Assembly (NCBI GenBank): GCA_027492035.1
Contig: JAOZFT010000020.1
Location: 75,071-139,070, forward strand
Length of the DNA stretch: 64,000 nucleotides
From: Thermoproteota archaeon
GTDB taxonomy: Archaea > Korarchaeota > JAOZGF01 > JAOZFZ01
Direction of reading: 5' to 3'
Below, piece by piece: positions 39,272-50,068 of this stretch; position 1 is the stretch's first letter; the number at the start of each line of letters is the position of its first letter. The position numbers and the translations under genes are program-made. The notes beneath the pieces are model-generated. The model saw only the letters and a program-made list of their open reading frames with translations, was not told where the DNA came from and did not search any database.

Positions 39272-39704
39272 TTAAATAATTACACCCCTTTACACTTAAA
39301 AAAATGCTGTTAAATAAGGGATATAAAACTGCCACCTGGTTTCTAATTAAAAGGGGGTTCTTTGCATTTCATGTTTTTTTCGGATGGATTTGATTTGTCT
39401 TTATTTTGATTGCAACTGCTTAATTAATTTTTATTTTCCACTACCTTCCATTCGAGTTTAAACTATTTCAACAGAAATGGTTGCTGGTTCTATGTTCCTT
39501 AAATTGGTATTTTTGCATTACTTTTCTTTTTGTAGCTTTTTAAAGGTAACTAGATGCTTTTGCTACTTACGTAGTTCATTTTTTTGAAGGAACATCTTTT
39601 TCTTGAATTTTTAAGTTAAAGCAAAAAATTTTAAAAAAGGTTACTTCTTATTTTAACGGGGAATGTTTGAATTGTGGATTTATTGTTTTAGGCCGTGAAA
39701 GGAG

Positions 39705-39956
39705 TTGTTGGCTCTTATAATGATGAAGGTTTTGCCTGGGAAGGAGTTCTGGGTTATCAGTAGAGCATCGAAGCAGATAAAGGAGCAATTGGTGGAAATA
39801 GATGGAAAACCTTTCATTTACCTTTTCGCTGGCCCCTACGACGTTATAGCTTGCGTTAAAGCTGAAGACACTGCTCAACTTAAAAAAATAATTGATGAGG
39901 TACGTAAGATAAAGGGAGTAGTTGAAACCACGACACATGTTGCCATGGAAAGTTAA
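39705..39956 (+). CDS. Stand-alone Lrp/AsnC ligand-binding (RAM) domain protein
   Basis: GPYDVI..V, I.KIKGVVETTT; SD AGGAG upstream. Confidence 0.8.
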   Translation: MLALIMMKVLPGKEFWVISRASKQIKEQLVEIDGKPFIYLFAGPYDVIACVKAEDTAQLKKIIDEVRKIKGVVETTTHVAMES

Positions 39957-40401
39957 AAACGGAGGGTGAATGTTTCTTCCTTAACTCTTTCCTTTTTTAT
40001 TTTTTAATTTTTCTCTTTCATTTTGAAGATTTTTGGTTACGATGTATTCCCACTGGGTTCATCTTTGGAGTTACTTTCTAAAGTGACCTTTTTTTCCTTA
40101 AGGTTTGTGTTACGTGAACTTTCAAGTATCTTTTTGCCGGTGTATTTTTTGGTTTCACTGTTTCTGTACTGAATAATTTAGGGATCAGGCAGGTTTCATC
40201 CTTCTTAGTTGTAGAACCATCTTACATGCCCCAGTTTATAATGCCAGTTTTTTAAAAAAAGGCTACATGTCATTAGAAATATAGTTGGAAGGATGAAAAT
40301 CTAAAAAATTTATATATGAAAACAAAAAAGAGACACCTGAATCGAAGCAGCAACTAAGGATTAACTTTGGGAGGATTTTTTTCTTTTTAGGTGTAAGTGA
40401 A

Positions 40402-40965
40402 GTGGGTAAAAAGAAGCTGCCCCAGCACAGGAAAAGTCGAGGTAAAACTGGAATTGGAGAAGAGTCGGGGAAAAATAGGGAAACCAAGTTATTAGTTGCA
40501 GTTTTAATGGTTTTGGCAGTTTCTTTTTTTGTTGTCTTCATTGTTTCAATCCGTTATCCAGAGAATAAACCTTCTTTCTCTCTTTATTCCTTGAAAGATG
40601 CTGAGTTTAGTGAGTTCAGGGGTAAGGTAGTGCTAGTTGATTGTTTTGCAACTTGGTGTGACCCTTGCAAAATAGAAGTTGGCCAACTTGTTAAAATAAG
40701 GTCACGATACAGCAAGTCTAAAGTGGTTCTTGTTTCTGTTGCAAGCAAGAGCGACGATGTGGATGAAATCGAGGCTTTTATGGAGGAGTTTGGTGTAACT
40801 TGGAAGGTGGCTAGAGATAATGTAGGTGTGTTTGACAAATATGATATCATTTATATCCCTACGATCTTGATTTTTGACAGGGAGGGTGTCTTGGTTTATA
40901 AGCACGTGGGGTTAACACCTGCCTCAGTTTTGTCTTCAGAAATAGATTCTTTGCTGGATAGTTGA
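40402..40965 (+). CDS. Membrane-anchored TlpA-like thiol-disulfide oxidoreductase
   Basis: One TM helix; GKVVLVDCFATWCDPC; IPT cis-Pro motif. Confidence 0.88.
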   Translation: MGKKKLPQHRKSRGKTGIGEESGKNRETKLLVAVLMVLAVSFFVVFIVSIRYPENKPSFSLYSLKDAEFSEFRGKVVLVDCFATWCDPCKIEVGQLVKIRSRYSKSKVVLVSVASKSDDVDEIEAFMEEFGVTWKVARDNVGVFDKYDIIYIPTILIFDREGVLVYKHVGLTPASVLSSEIDSLLDS

Positions 40966-40996
40966 ATTAGTAAAGGGACTGATTGTTTTGAGCCGC

Positions 40997-41125
40997 ATGT
41001 TTAAGTACAGGGTTATTTTATTGGTTTTGTTTGTTTTAATAACCCTATTAAGTTCAAGAGAGTACTTTAGAATCCTAAATGGTTTCGTTAAACTGATTTG
41101 TCCCTCCTGTATGGGGTTGGGTTAG
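40997..41125 (+). CDS. Small CxxC membrane peptide (CD1871A-like), 42 aa, absent from the ORF track
   Basis: MFKYRVILLVLFVLITLLSSREYFRILNGFVKLICPSCMGLG*: TM helix plus C-terminal ICxxCxGLG, between TlpA and the 4Fe-4S protein. Confidence 0.8.
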   Translation: MFKYRVILLVLFVLITLLSSREYFRILNGFVKLICPSCMGLG

Positions 41126-41138
41126 GAGGGGTTTCATT

Positions 41139-41924
41139 GTGAAACTTGGTGTGAAAAGGAAGGTACTGCAAATTACAGCTTTAATTGTTTCGAATTTGGG
41201 TTTTTTCCGTATTTTAAAGACAGGACTTGTTTGTCCCTTTCTTTATTGCCATGGGTGTCCATTTGCTGTTTTTGGGTGTCCAGTAGGAGTTTTGCAACGT
41301 TTCATTGCAGAGGCTCATGTGCCTTTCTTCACTATAGGTTCATTGGGAGTTTATGGCTTGGTTTTTGGGAGGTTTTTTTGTGGGTGGGCTTGTCCTTTTG
41401 GTGCTTTACAGGATTTGCTTAAAGCCTTAAGGGGAAGGAAAACTTTAGAAACAAGGAGGGTGTGGTACACTAAGTTTATATTTCTTTTTATTGTTCTTGG
41501 GTTGGCGTGGTTTTTTTTAGATACTATTTTTTGCAAGTTTTGTCCTTCAGGTTCCCTTTTTGCTACATTACCAGCTCTTGTACCTCTTCGATTTTTCAAT
41601 AGAGGTTTTTCACCTTCAGGAATATTTCTTTATATACATGTGTTGACTCTTGTACTGACGTTGATTTCAGCCTTATTTATTAGCCATTTCTGGTGCCGTT
41701 ACCTTTGTCCTTTAGGTGCAGTAGTTGGCGGATTTAACAGAGTAAGTTTTTTGACTATAGGTTTGAGGAGTGAAAAATGTCATAAATGCAATGTTTGCCT
41801 CCAAGTCTGTGAAATGGGGATAAAGAGACTAAGTGATGTGGGGAATTCAACAGATTGTACCCTTTGTGGTAGATGCGTTGAAGCTTGCCCTGAAAAGGCG
41901 CTATATTTTATGATAAGAAAGTAA
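41139..41924 (+). CDS. Membrane 4Fe-4S binding protein (NapH/MauN-like)
   Basis: CPFLYCHGCP, GRFFCGWACPFG, FCKFCP, WCRYLCPLG, two ferredoxin motifs. Confidence 0.88.
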   Translation: MKLGVKRKVLQITALIVSNLGFFRILKTGLVCPFLYCHGCPFAVFGCPVGVLQRFIAEAHVPFFTIGSLGVYGLVFGRFFCGWACPFGALQDLLKALRGRKTLETRRVWYTKFIFLFIVLGLAWFFLDTIFCKFCPSGSLFATLPALVPLRFFNRGFSPSGIFLYIHVLTLVLTLISALFISHFWCRYLCPLGAVVGGFNRVSFLTIGLRSEKCHKCNVCLQVCEMGIKRLSDVGNSTDCTLCGRCVEACPEKALYFMIRK

Positions 41925-41942
41925 GTTTGTGGGTGTTTAAAC

Positions 41943-43193
41943 GTGAAACATCCGTCGAAACGAATAATTGGAAGTAAAGGGTCTGAGTTAAGTGGTAAAA
42001 AAATAATTTGCTGCATTACTGGCAGCGTTGCAGCTTTTAAATGTCCTGAAATAGTTAGGGAGTTGATGAGGCACGGAGCTGAAGTTTATGTTTTTATGAC
42101 GGAAGCTTCGACAAAAATAATTCATCCATACTTGATGGAGTGGGCTACAGGGAACCCTGTAGTCACAGAACTCACTGGCAGGATAGAACATGTTTCTTTC
42201 TTCAATGAAAAGCTAGGAAGTGTTGACTTAATTCTTGTTGCACCTGCTACAGCGAATACAATAAGTAAAGTAGCCTGTGGGATAAGTGACACTCCCGTGA
42301 CAGCTTTAATATCAGCTGCATTGGGTGCAAACGTTCCCGTTGTGATGGTGCCAGCTATGCATACTTTACTGTACAGAAACAAAATCTTTCAAAGGAACAT
42401 GGAGAAAGTTAGAGGGATGGGTGTGGAATTCATAAACCCTAGAATGGAGGAAGAAAAGGCTAAGATTGCTGAAACAGAAATTATTGTTGAGAAAGTTATT
42501 GGGAAGTTGTCGAAGAAAGATATGGAAAACTTGAATCTATTAATAACTGCCGGGCCGACTAGGGAAAAACTAGACTCTGTTAGATTTTTAACTAACCCCA
42601 GTTCTGGAAAAATGGGTTTAGCTTTAGCTGAAGAAGCTATAAACAGAGGAGCCTCTGTAACTCTTGTCTACGGCCCCGGGACGCAAAAACCTCCACCAAA
42701 CGTGAAAGTTGTGGAAGTAGTTACTACTGAAGAAATGCTTAACGCTGTAGTTTCAGAGTTAAACTCGAAAAGGTATCACTTAGTTATATTGGCGGCAGCC
42801 CCCTTGGACTTCAAGTTTGAAAAGGAGTTCAGCGGCAAAATCTCCTCTGAAACAGGTTTTCTGGAAGTTAAGCTTGTGCCTTCACCTAAAATTTGGAAGG
42901 AAATAAGGAAATATGGTAAAGACTGTTTCTTTATAGGGTTTAAAGCTGAATATAACGTTTCAAGGGAGAAGTTGATTGAGAAAGCATACAAACGATTGAA
43001 AGAGGCAGGAATGAATTTAATAATTGCCAATGATGTAGGAAGGAAAGGTATTGGTTTCTCTTCAAACTACAACGAAGTTTTCTTGATAGATGAGGAAGGG
43101 AGGGTTAAACATGTGCCTTTTAAACCTAAGAGGGAAGTAGCGAAGGAAATCCTTGATTTAGCTGTTGAAAAATTAAAACTTAAAAGGGGTTAA
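41943..43193 (+). CDS. coaBC: Phosphopantothenoylcysteine decarboxylase/synthetase
   Basis: ITGSVAA, APATANT, PAMH, TAGPTRE.LDSVRF..N.SSGKMG, GFKAE, IAND. Confidence 0.93.
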   Translation: MKHPSKRIIGSKGSELSGKKIICCITGSVAAFKCPEIVRELMRHGAEVYVFMTEASTKIIHPYLMEWATGNPVVTELTGRIEHVSFFNEKLGSVDLILVAPATANTISKVACGISDTPVTALISAALGANVPVVMVPAMHTLLYRNKIFQRNMEKVRGMGVEFINPRMEEEKAKIAETEIIVEKVIGKLSKKDMENLNLLITAGPTREKLDSVRFLTNPSSGKMGLALAEEAINRGASVTLVYGPGTQKPPPNVKVVEVVTTEEMLNAVVSELNSKRYHLVILAAAPLDFKFEKEFSGKISSETGFLEVKLVPSPKIWKEIRKYGKDCFFIGFKAEYNVSREKLIEKAYKRLKEAGMNLIIANDVGRKGIGFSSNYNEVFLIDEEGRVKHVPFKPKREVAKEILDLAVEKLKLKRG

Positions 43194-43230
43194 GTAAAAA
43201 AGTTAGAGAAGGAACAGTATGGGTAACAAT

Positions 43231-44040
43231 TCAGCTGGGAAATTTTAACAGTGCAGAATAAGTTTTAACGTTTCTCTCAGCCAACCTTTCTTCCCTATAC
43301 CTTCTCATTTTCTCAACATCTAAACTTTTAACGGTAACCCCTGGATGAACAGGCTTCATCACCACGGTAACCGGGTACACTATTTCTTTTTCTTCCTCCA
43401 CTTCAAGGTTGACAATTAAGCTTTTGCCGTTGTAGTTAGGTGGAAAAACGGAATTAACACCCACGAAAGGTATCCTGTTTTCCAAAGCTCTGGTTTTTAA
43501 GTATAAATGCCAAGGAGGTACTCCTTCCCTTTTTATCCTGGAGGGGTTGAAAATTAAATCAGCCCCCTTTAAAGCAAGGATTCTTGCAGTTTCAGGGAAA
43601 ACTAAATCATAACAAATCAAAATCCCTACTCTAAGGTTTCTAATTTTGAAAGTGTCCAGTTTTAGACCTGGAGTGAACAGTTTCTTTTCCTCTTTAAATA
43701 AATGGGTTTTAACTTGTTTAAAAATAACTGAACCATTGCTCCCCAAGACCGGACATGAAACAATTTTTCTCCCCATTACCTCCTCTACACATCCCCCTAA
43801 TAAAATAGAAGTACTGTACTCTTCCGCTAATAACCTGAATCTATCGATCAGTTGAGGCATTAGTTTAGCCAATTTGTCAACTGCTTTGTAAGGGTTTCTG
43901 CTTAACCATTGCTCTGGTAAACAAATAATTTCAGCGTTTAACTTAGCAGCTTTCTCCGTAAGCTTTAAACAATCTTCAATATTCTTGCGGATTTCCTGTG
44001 CAATAAATGTCTGGACGACTCCAACCTTAACATTATACAT
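43231..44040 (-). CDS. Carbon-nitrogen hydrolase (nitrilase family)
   Basis: Catalytic triad motifs CLPE, KTHLF, ICYDLVFPE; RALEN. Confidence 0.9.
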   Translation of the reverse strand: MYNVKVGVVQTFIAQEIRKNIEDCLKLTEKAAKLNAEIICLPEQWLSRNPYKAVDKLAKLMPQLIDRFRLLAEEYSTSILLGGCVEEVMGRKIVSCPVLGSNGSVIFKQVKTHLFKEEKKLFTPGLKLDTFKIRNLRVGILICYDLVFPETARILALKGADLIFNPSRIKREGVPPWHLYLKTRALENRIPFVGVNSVFPPNYNGKSLIVNLEVEEEKEIVYPVTVVMKPVHPGVTVKSLDVEKMRRYREERLAERNVKTYSALLKFPS

Positions 44041-44520
44041 TTCTTAAACCCCCAAAATTTTGGTTATCTTAAAAGGATTAGTTAAGGATTCTTAATTCAT
44101 TCCTGTTTTATTTATCTCTAATAGCCATTCATAGGAGCTTAAAAGTTATTTTCTCCCCTTTAATTTCCCTTTCTTCCTCCAGGTTCCATTATAGACCGTT
44201 ACCGAAAACATGTTTTTGAAATTTACTAATAACCCTATTTTCCTTCTATTAACTCAGGTATTGTTACAAGGCTTCTATTCAGCTGAATCTTTTTCCAAAT
44301 CTCTTTCTTCTCCATAAAAAAGATGAATTTTTTACCTGAATAATTTTAAGTGGGTATTGTTTTTCTGGAACAATTTTGCAATTTCCTTCCAAGGAAGGCC
44401 TGAGTTAGAAGAATTAGGAGAGTTGAGATAGGAAACTTTACAAACACTTAGTGTAGGGGGGTTAAGTTGAGGAGGAACAATTAAAGTAATTGAGAAAAAG
44501 GTTTGGGGGGTGTTTTGAAG

Positions 44521-45867
44521 TTATTGAACTATTTTTGGAATTTTTATTTCTTCAGGCTCCCAATCCTTTAGTTGCCCTGCTAAAAATGCTTCATAAGCTG
44601 AGAGGTCAAGCAGTCCATGTCCACAGTTGTTAAAAACAATTACTTTCTCCTTACCTGTTTTTTTACATCTTAAGGCTTCATCTATTACGTATTTAACGAC
44701 GTGAGCTGTTTCGGGTGCAGTTATCATTCCTTCAGTTCTAGCTAGTATTTGGGCAGCTTCAAAAACTTCGGTTTGGTGGTAGGCTACAGATTTCATGTAT
44801 CCCTCCTTAATCAGTAGACAGAGTGAAGGCGCTTTCCCGTGGTATCTCAACCCTCCAGCGTGAATTGGGGGAGGGGCGTATCTGTGCCCTAAAGTATACA
44901 TTTTCAGTAAAGGTGTTTTTTCAGCTGTGTCCCCGTAATCGTATGTGTAAACTCCTCTAGTTGTCGAAGGAACTGCCTTAGGTTCAACAGCTACGAATTC
45001 AGTTTCTGTTTTACCTTTTAATCTATCCATCATGAAAGGATAACTGAATCCTGCGTAATTGGATCCTCCTCCTATACATCCAGCGACGATGTCGGGGTAT
45101 AGATCCATTTTTTCAAATTGTTTTATTGTTTCAAGGCCTACAATTGTTTGGTGAAGTAAGACATGGTTTAAAACAGAGCCTAGGCAGTAACGTGTGTCTT
45201 CATGTGTTAACGTATCCTCTAAAGCTTCACTTATAGCTATTCCGAGTGAACCATGGCTCTCAGAATTCTTCTTCAAAATTTTCCTCCCAAACTCTGTCCT
45301 TTCACTAGGGGAGGGAAAAACCTCGGCTCCCCAAACTTGCATCATTGTTTTCCTGTAGGGTTTCTGAAGATAACTTATTTTCACCATGTAGATAGTGCAT
45401 TTAAGGTCAAAGAATGCACTAGCCATGGCTAAGGCAGAGCCCCACTGCCCCGCTCCTGTTTCAGTTGTCACTCTCTCAATCCCCTGTTTCATGTTGTAGT
45501 ATGCTTGAGGAATGGCAGTGTTAGGTTTATGGCTGCCTGGTGGATTAACATATTCACACTTGTAGAAAATTTTCGCTGGCGTCTTAAGGAATTTTTCAAG
45601 CCTCCTAGCTCTCTTTAAAGGAGTTGGTCTCGGCATTAATTTATATGCTTCCAACACCTCCTCTGGAATTTTTATGAATCTTTGACTAGAAACTTCCTGT
45701 CTAATGAGTTCTTTGGCAAATATCCTTTCAAGTTTAGCTGGGTTAATTGGTTTCAGGTCTACAGGGTCTAAAGGAGGAGGTAAGGGTTCAGGTAAATCCG
45801 GTAAAATATTATACCAGGAAGTTGGCATTTCATCTTGCTCCAAAAAAACAGCATCTGGTATGGCCAT
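44521..45867 (-). CDS. trpB2: Tryptophan synthase beta chain 2 (TrpB2)
   Basis: [51 protein letters not shown]. Confidence 0.93.
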   Translation of the reverse strand: MAIPDAVFLEQDEMPTSWYNILPDLPEPLPPPLDPVDLKPINPAKLERIFAKELIRQEVSSQRFIKIPEEVLEAYKLMPRPTPLKRARRLEKFLKTPAKIFYKCEYVNPPGSHKPNTAIPQAYYNMKQGIERVTTETGAGQWGSALAMASAFFDLKCTIYMVKISYLQKPYRKTMMQVWGAEVFPSPSERTEFGRKILKKNSESHGSLGIAISEALEDTLTHEDTRYCLGSVLNHVLLHQTIVGLETIKQFEKMDLYPDIVAGCIGGGSNYAGFSYPFMMDRLKGKTETEFVAVEPKAVPSTTRGVYTYDYGDTAEKTPLLKMYTLGHRYAPPPIHAGGLRYHGKAPSLCLLIKEGYMKSVAYHQTEVFEAAQILARTEGMITAPETAHVVKYVIDEALRCKKTGKEKVIVFNNCGHGLLDLSAYEAFLAGQLKDWEPEEIKIPKIVQ

Positions 45868-45981
45868 CTCTACACAACACCTCCAAATTTTTTAAGAAAC
45901 AGGTCTCGGGATAACGGAAATTTAAAGTAAAGAAACGAAGAATTAATGTTCTGTGTTTTTAGCCGGATTGAAGCCTTGATT

Positions 45982-46023
45982 TTACTGTTTAGTTTTGTAA
46001 GTTGGCCAAACGTTATCCCTCAT
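45982..46023 (-). other. Candidate uORF/leader peptide MRDNVWPTYKTKQ upstream of trpB2
   Basis: ATG at 46023 with AGGAG about 10 nt upstream, one TGG codon, TAA at 45982-45984. Confidence 0.4.
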
Positions 46024-46061
46024 TTCTTTCCAGCTCCTAAATCCTTTTTCGAAGCAGGTAG

Positions 46062-46088
46062 CTATAATGCTCAATCAAGGCATTATAG
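46062..46088. promoter_or_regulatory. Inverted repeat CTATAATGC-N9-GCATTATAG just downstream of a minus-strand TATA-like ATTTAAAT
   Basis: Perfect 9-bp arms; the position fits an operator or 5' hairpin for the trpB2 leader. Confidence 0.45.
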
Positions 46089-46515
46089 TCATATTTAAAT
46101 CTTATATGTTAATTTTTGTACTAAAAAGTCAAATATATAAAAAAAGAAAAATACAATAGGAGGAAAAATAAAAAAATGAAAGTAACGGAAAAATTTTTTA
46201 AAAGAAATGAAAAGAGAACAAAGTTTTTCCCCATACTAAGTAAATTTTTAGTAAACTTAATTTAACAACATTCATCCTTTACTTTAAACTATTCCTCCAC
46301 TCCTTTTCAATTTCCCCTTCTGATTATTATAATTAAGATGTTCTTAGTTAAAATAACCATTTCTCTTATTCTATACTAAAATGTACTTCTGTCTACTCTA
46401 CAAGCTGTTATTTTGGCAAATAGCCAGAAAGTCTAATTAAAACTTCGATAATTCCTTTATAATAAATCGACATGACCGCTAATTTTGTTTAGAGTATTCT
46501 CTCCATCCTATTGCC

Positions 46516-47040
46516 CTATTCTTTTTTTGAGGTTTTAAGATGTAGTTTAGCGGCTTCGCTCAATCTACCTCTACCATATTTCTTCGCAAATTCCATTGCA
46601 ACTTTTTCTACCTTTCCTGATGACCCTTTAGGAATGTGAAGTTTGTATTTCCTATTCAAGGTTTCTAGCTCTCTTAAAAACACATGCTTAGCAACAATGG
46701 AGGCGCTGCAACTGCATAAGTCTTGATTTGATCAAGTTCTCATCGCCAAATTAATTTGAGGTAACATAACTGCATTTTACTTCTGAAAGCATGTTCTCTA
46801 AAAGTTCCTTGCGTGTCTCTATGCTAGAAGTTGGTTTAAAGTTTTAATTTGTCCATAAAATTTATTATATTTTTGAGATTTATCTTTAACTATTTTTTAC
46901 TACCCCTTACCCCTAGCAAAGATAAAAAACGTAGTGTACTTTTATTTACATACACAAGCGGCTATGACCAGTGGACAAAATAGCCTCCCTTTCCTGCTTC
47001 ATCAAGTCTTGTTAGACCTCTCAAAAACAAATTTTGAAAA
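46516..47040 (-). pseudogene. rnhC: Ribonuclease HIII pseudogene
   Basis: Ordered motifs across frames: DEAGKGGYFCPLVIAA, LGVRGSKK, KYNKFY..IKTLNQLLA*RHAR, TSN*FG, AVAA/ASIVAK, IPKGSS, AKLHLKT; multiple stops, frameshifts and deletions. Confidence 0.85.
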
Positions 47041-47567
47041 GAAGTTTGCTTTTAAAGGTGGGAGCAGCCTTAAAGACTCCTCCTTGTTGTCCACCTTAAC
47101 CCACCCCACTGTCTTTTTAATTTCCCCCTAAATCTTTTTTAGTTCTACCTCCAATATAAATGCTAGCAATGCTCTAAATAATGAGGAAGAAGAATTGTGC
47201 AGTTTATACCAAGTTGGAGATGGTGGAATGATTACTCCCCTTAGACTTCAACACCTTTTGAGTATATTCTCCATTCCGTTTTCAAGCATTTTATAAATAA
47301 CCTTTGGGTTTCAGTGCAGCACCAGCAATGAACGGCATTTCCTGAGATCTATGGCTTCATTCAAATAATTCCAACAAAAACCTTTAAAAGCCTTTACTGT
47401 TACAGGTGTCTTTTCTAACCTTCTTTGCTTATTTTTGTTCCAGTCTTTAAATATTGAAAAATTTATGTTTTAATTTCCTAATTATTTTATTCGTTCAAGT
47501 TGCTTCATCAATTATTCACAACACATTTTTTTAAATAAAAGTTTTTCTCAGCGTTTAATATAACGTA

Positions 47568-48806
47568 GTGGAACAGAGGGAGTCAGGGGCAATGCCGAAA
47601 GGAAGCAAGTTTTTAACTTTGTTTAGTTTAGAGTTTCTTGTTCTGTGGCTAGTTGTTTTTGCAGCTTTTTTCGCTGGTTCTTTGTGCAGCCCAACTGTTC
47701 CTTACTTGTTAAAGGAGTTTCTTACACAAGAAGCTGCTGTTGTAGCCATGATTGGGTATTTATCTTCCCTCCTCACCCTTGCAAGAACAGTAAATAATGT
47801 TCTAGGTGCTGTTTTAGCGGACAAAATTGAAAGGGGAGCTATTATCCTTATTTCTCTTGGCTTACTGCCCCTCTCCTTTTTATTGCTTTGGTTTGCAACC
47901 GACACCTGGTGGGTTTTGGCTTCATATCTTTTTTTTGGTTTCGTCTTCGGTCTTTCTATGCCTTCCTTTAATGCTATAGTCGCTGACTTAGCTAAGAAAA
48001 GTAACAGAGCCACTGTTTTCGCCGTGTTTAACCTTTCATGGATTATTGCTCAAATATTAGCCCCTGTAATTGGAGGTTTACTTTCAGATAACTTCTTTTT
48101 GCGTCTACCTTTCATTGCGGCCTTCTTTGTTTCAGTAATGACTTTTTTAACTTACACAGTTTACTTCAAGAAAATGCACAGAAACTTTCCTAACCTCTGG
48201 CTTAAGCCCTACAAAAACAAAGAATCAATTAATGAAGTGGGTTACAGTAACTATTTCAGAAAAAACTTGTATTTGCTGTGCAGTGCACAATTTTTTTCAG
48301 GTTTCAGCAACGGAGTCTTCTTGTTAGCTGTAACAGCTTTCCTAATGTACTCCCTAAAAGCTTCCCCCACCGGAATGGGTGTTTCTTTTTCATTAGGTTG
48401 GGGTGTAGCGACTGCTCTGGCACAAATCCCAGGAGGGAAGGTCAGTGACAAATTTGGCTTTAAAACAACTATCATATCTTTTATTTCAGCAGCGACACCT
48501 TTCTTCCTTTTACTCCCCTTATCCACCACCCTCCTCCAATTTACACTTGTGTTCACTCTTTTATGCTTCATCGGAAACCTTTCCACACCTGCTTTATCTG
48601 CATGGATTGCAAACTTGTTTTCAGCTAGAGAAAGGGGTAGAGGGTACGGTTTAACTTCTGCAGCTTGGGGAGTAGGGGCAGTGATTGGCCCCGCAACAGG
48701 AAGCATTGTTTGGACATTGTCGAAACCCAATTACTTAATTCCGTTCATAGCTGCTGCAGCTTTGCTTCTCTCTCAATTGCCATTAATTGCTTCAATAAGG
48801 GATTAA
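47568..48806 (+). CDS. MFS transporter
   Basis: About 12 TM segments; motif A variants GAVLADKIER and GGKVSDKFGFK; ERGRGYG. ATG at 47592 is an alternative start. Confidence 0.9.
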   Translation: MEQRESGAMPKGSKFLTLFSLEFLVLWLVVFAAFFAGSLCSPTVPYLLKEFLTQEAAVVAMIGYLSSLLTLARTVNNVLGAVLADKIERGAIILISLGLLPLSFLLLWFATDTWWVLASYLFFGFVFGLSMPSFNAIVADLAKKSNRATVFAVFNLSWIIAQILAPVIGGLLSDNFFLRLPFIAAFFVSVMTFLTYTVYFKKMHRNFPNLWLKPYKNKESINEVGYSNYFRKNLYLLCSAQFFSGFSNGVFLLAVTAFLMYSLKASPTGMGVSFSLGWGVATALAQIPGGKVSDKFGFKTTIISFISAATPFFLLLPLSTTLLQFTLVFTLLCFIGNLSTPALSAWIANLFSARERGRGYGLTSAAWGVGAVIGPATGSIVWTLSKPNYLIPFIAAAALLLSQLPLIASIRD

Positions 48807-48837
48807 TTTGAGAAGTTTTCAGTTCTTTTACAGCCCC

Positions 48838-49260
48838 CTATTTTATTTTCTCTAGAATTATGGCTGGACATATTCTTATAACTCCTTCAATACCTTCTAG
48901 TTTTTTCACAAACTTTGAGAGTTCTTCAGAGTTTCTGAACCAGCATTCAGCCATGATCATATGGTCTCCACTTGAAGAGTATAGACTCACCACTTCCTCC
49001 ATTTCCTTTAGTTCCTCGAGAACGGAGAGGTAATTCTCAGGTTTTGTATCTAAACCTATTAAAGAAACAATTTCGAAACCTATTTTTTTAGGATTTATTT
49101 CTATTGTATACCTCCTTATTACTCCTTCTTTCTCTAATTTCTTTATCCTTTTCCTCACTGCTGTTTCAGTAACTCCTAGTTTCTCTGCAATTTTAACCAA
49201 TGAAGTTCTCGAGTTTTCGCGAAGTATTTTGAGCAGTTGAAAGTTTGAAAATCGAACCAT
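48838..49260 (-). CDS. Lrp/AsnC transcriptional regulator (LrpA-like)
   Basis: NSRTS..KIAEKLGVTETAVRKRIKKLE..GVI; SSGDHMIM; RICPAIILE. Confidence 0.9.
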   Translation of the reverse strand: MVRFSNFQLLKILRENSRTSLVKIAEKLGVTETAVRKRIKKLEKEGVIRRYTIEINPKKIGFEIVSLIGLDTKPENYLSVLEELKEMEEVVSLYSSSGDHMIMAECWFRNSEELSKFVKKLEGIEGVIRICPAIILEKIK

Positions 49261-49325
49261 AAATTTATAAATAACAAAACTTTATTTAAATTTAACGAAC
49301 TTTTTAATACGAGAGGGAGGAAAAA

Positions 49326-49973
49326 ATGGAAGCAACAAATAAGTTTCCTTTAATCGGTGATAAGGCTCCAAGTTTTGAAGCACAAACTACACGTGGAAAA
49401 ATAAAGTTCCCAGATGACTACAAAGGAAAATGGGTTGTACTTTTTTCTCATCCAGCAGACTTCACTCCTGTTTGCACAACAGAGTTTGTAGCGTTCCAGA
49501 AAAGATTTGAGGAATTCAAGAAATTAAACTGTGAATTAGTAGGGTTGAGTATAGACCAAGTTTTCAGCCACATAAAATGGGTTGAATGGATCAAGGAAAA
49601 CCTAAAAATTGAAATAAAGTTTCCGGTAATAGCGGATGACACGGGTAGAATTGCTCATTTATATGGAATGATTCACCCAGGTAAAGGAACCAACACTGTA
49701 AGAACAGTTTTTATTATTGATCCTGAAAACACGGTTAGGGCGATACTTTACTATCCGCAAGAATTAGGGAGAAACATGGATGAGATATTGAGAATGATTA
49801 AAGCTTTACAGATTTCAGATTCAAACAATGTGGCGATGCCTGCTAACTGGCCAAACAATGAACTAATAAAGGATGAAGTAATAATACCTCCTGCAAGCAC
49901 CGAGGAAGAGGCAAAAGAAAGAATTAAAAAATACAGTTGCTACGATTGGTGGCTTTGTCACAAAAAACTATAA
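49326..49973 (+). CDS. Peroxiredoxin (archaeal type)
   Basis: [28 protein letters not shown]-terminal CYDWWLC. Confidence 0.93.
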   Translation: MEATNKFPLIGDKAPSFEAQTTRGKIKFPDDYKGKWVVLFSHPADFTPVCTTEFVAFQKRFEEFKKLNCELVGLSIDQVFSHIKWVEWIKENLKIEIKFPVIADDTGRIAHLYGMIHPGKGTNTVRTVFIIDPENTVRAILYYPQELGRNMDEILRMIKALQISDSNNVAMPANWPNNELIKDEVIIPPASTEEEAKERIKKYSCYDWWLCHKKL

Positions 49974-50068
49974 AATTTAATTAATAAGTATAGACTCCAC
50001 CCTTAAACTTTTTTTAAAAGTTTTTAAAAACGTTTATTGTTGACTGGGTTTAAAAGGAGGAGAGGTAG

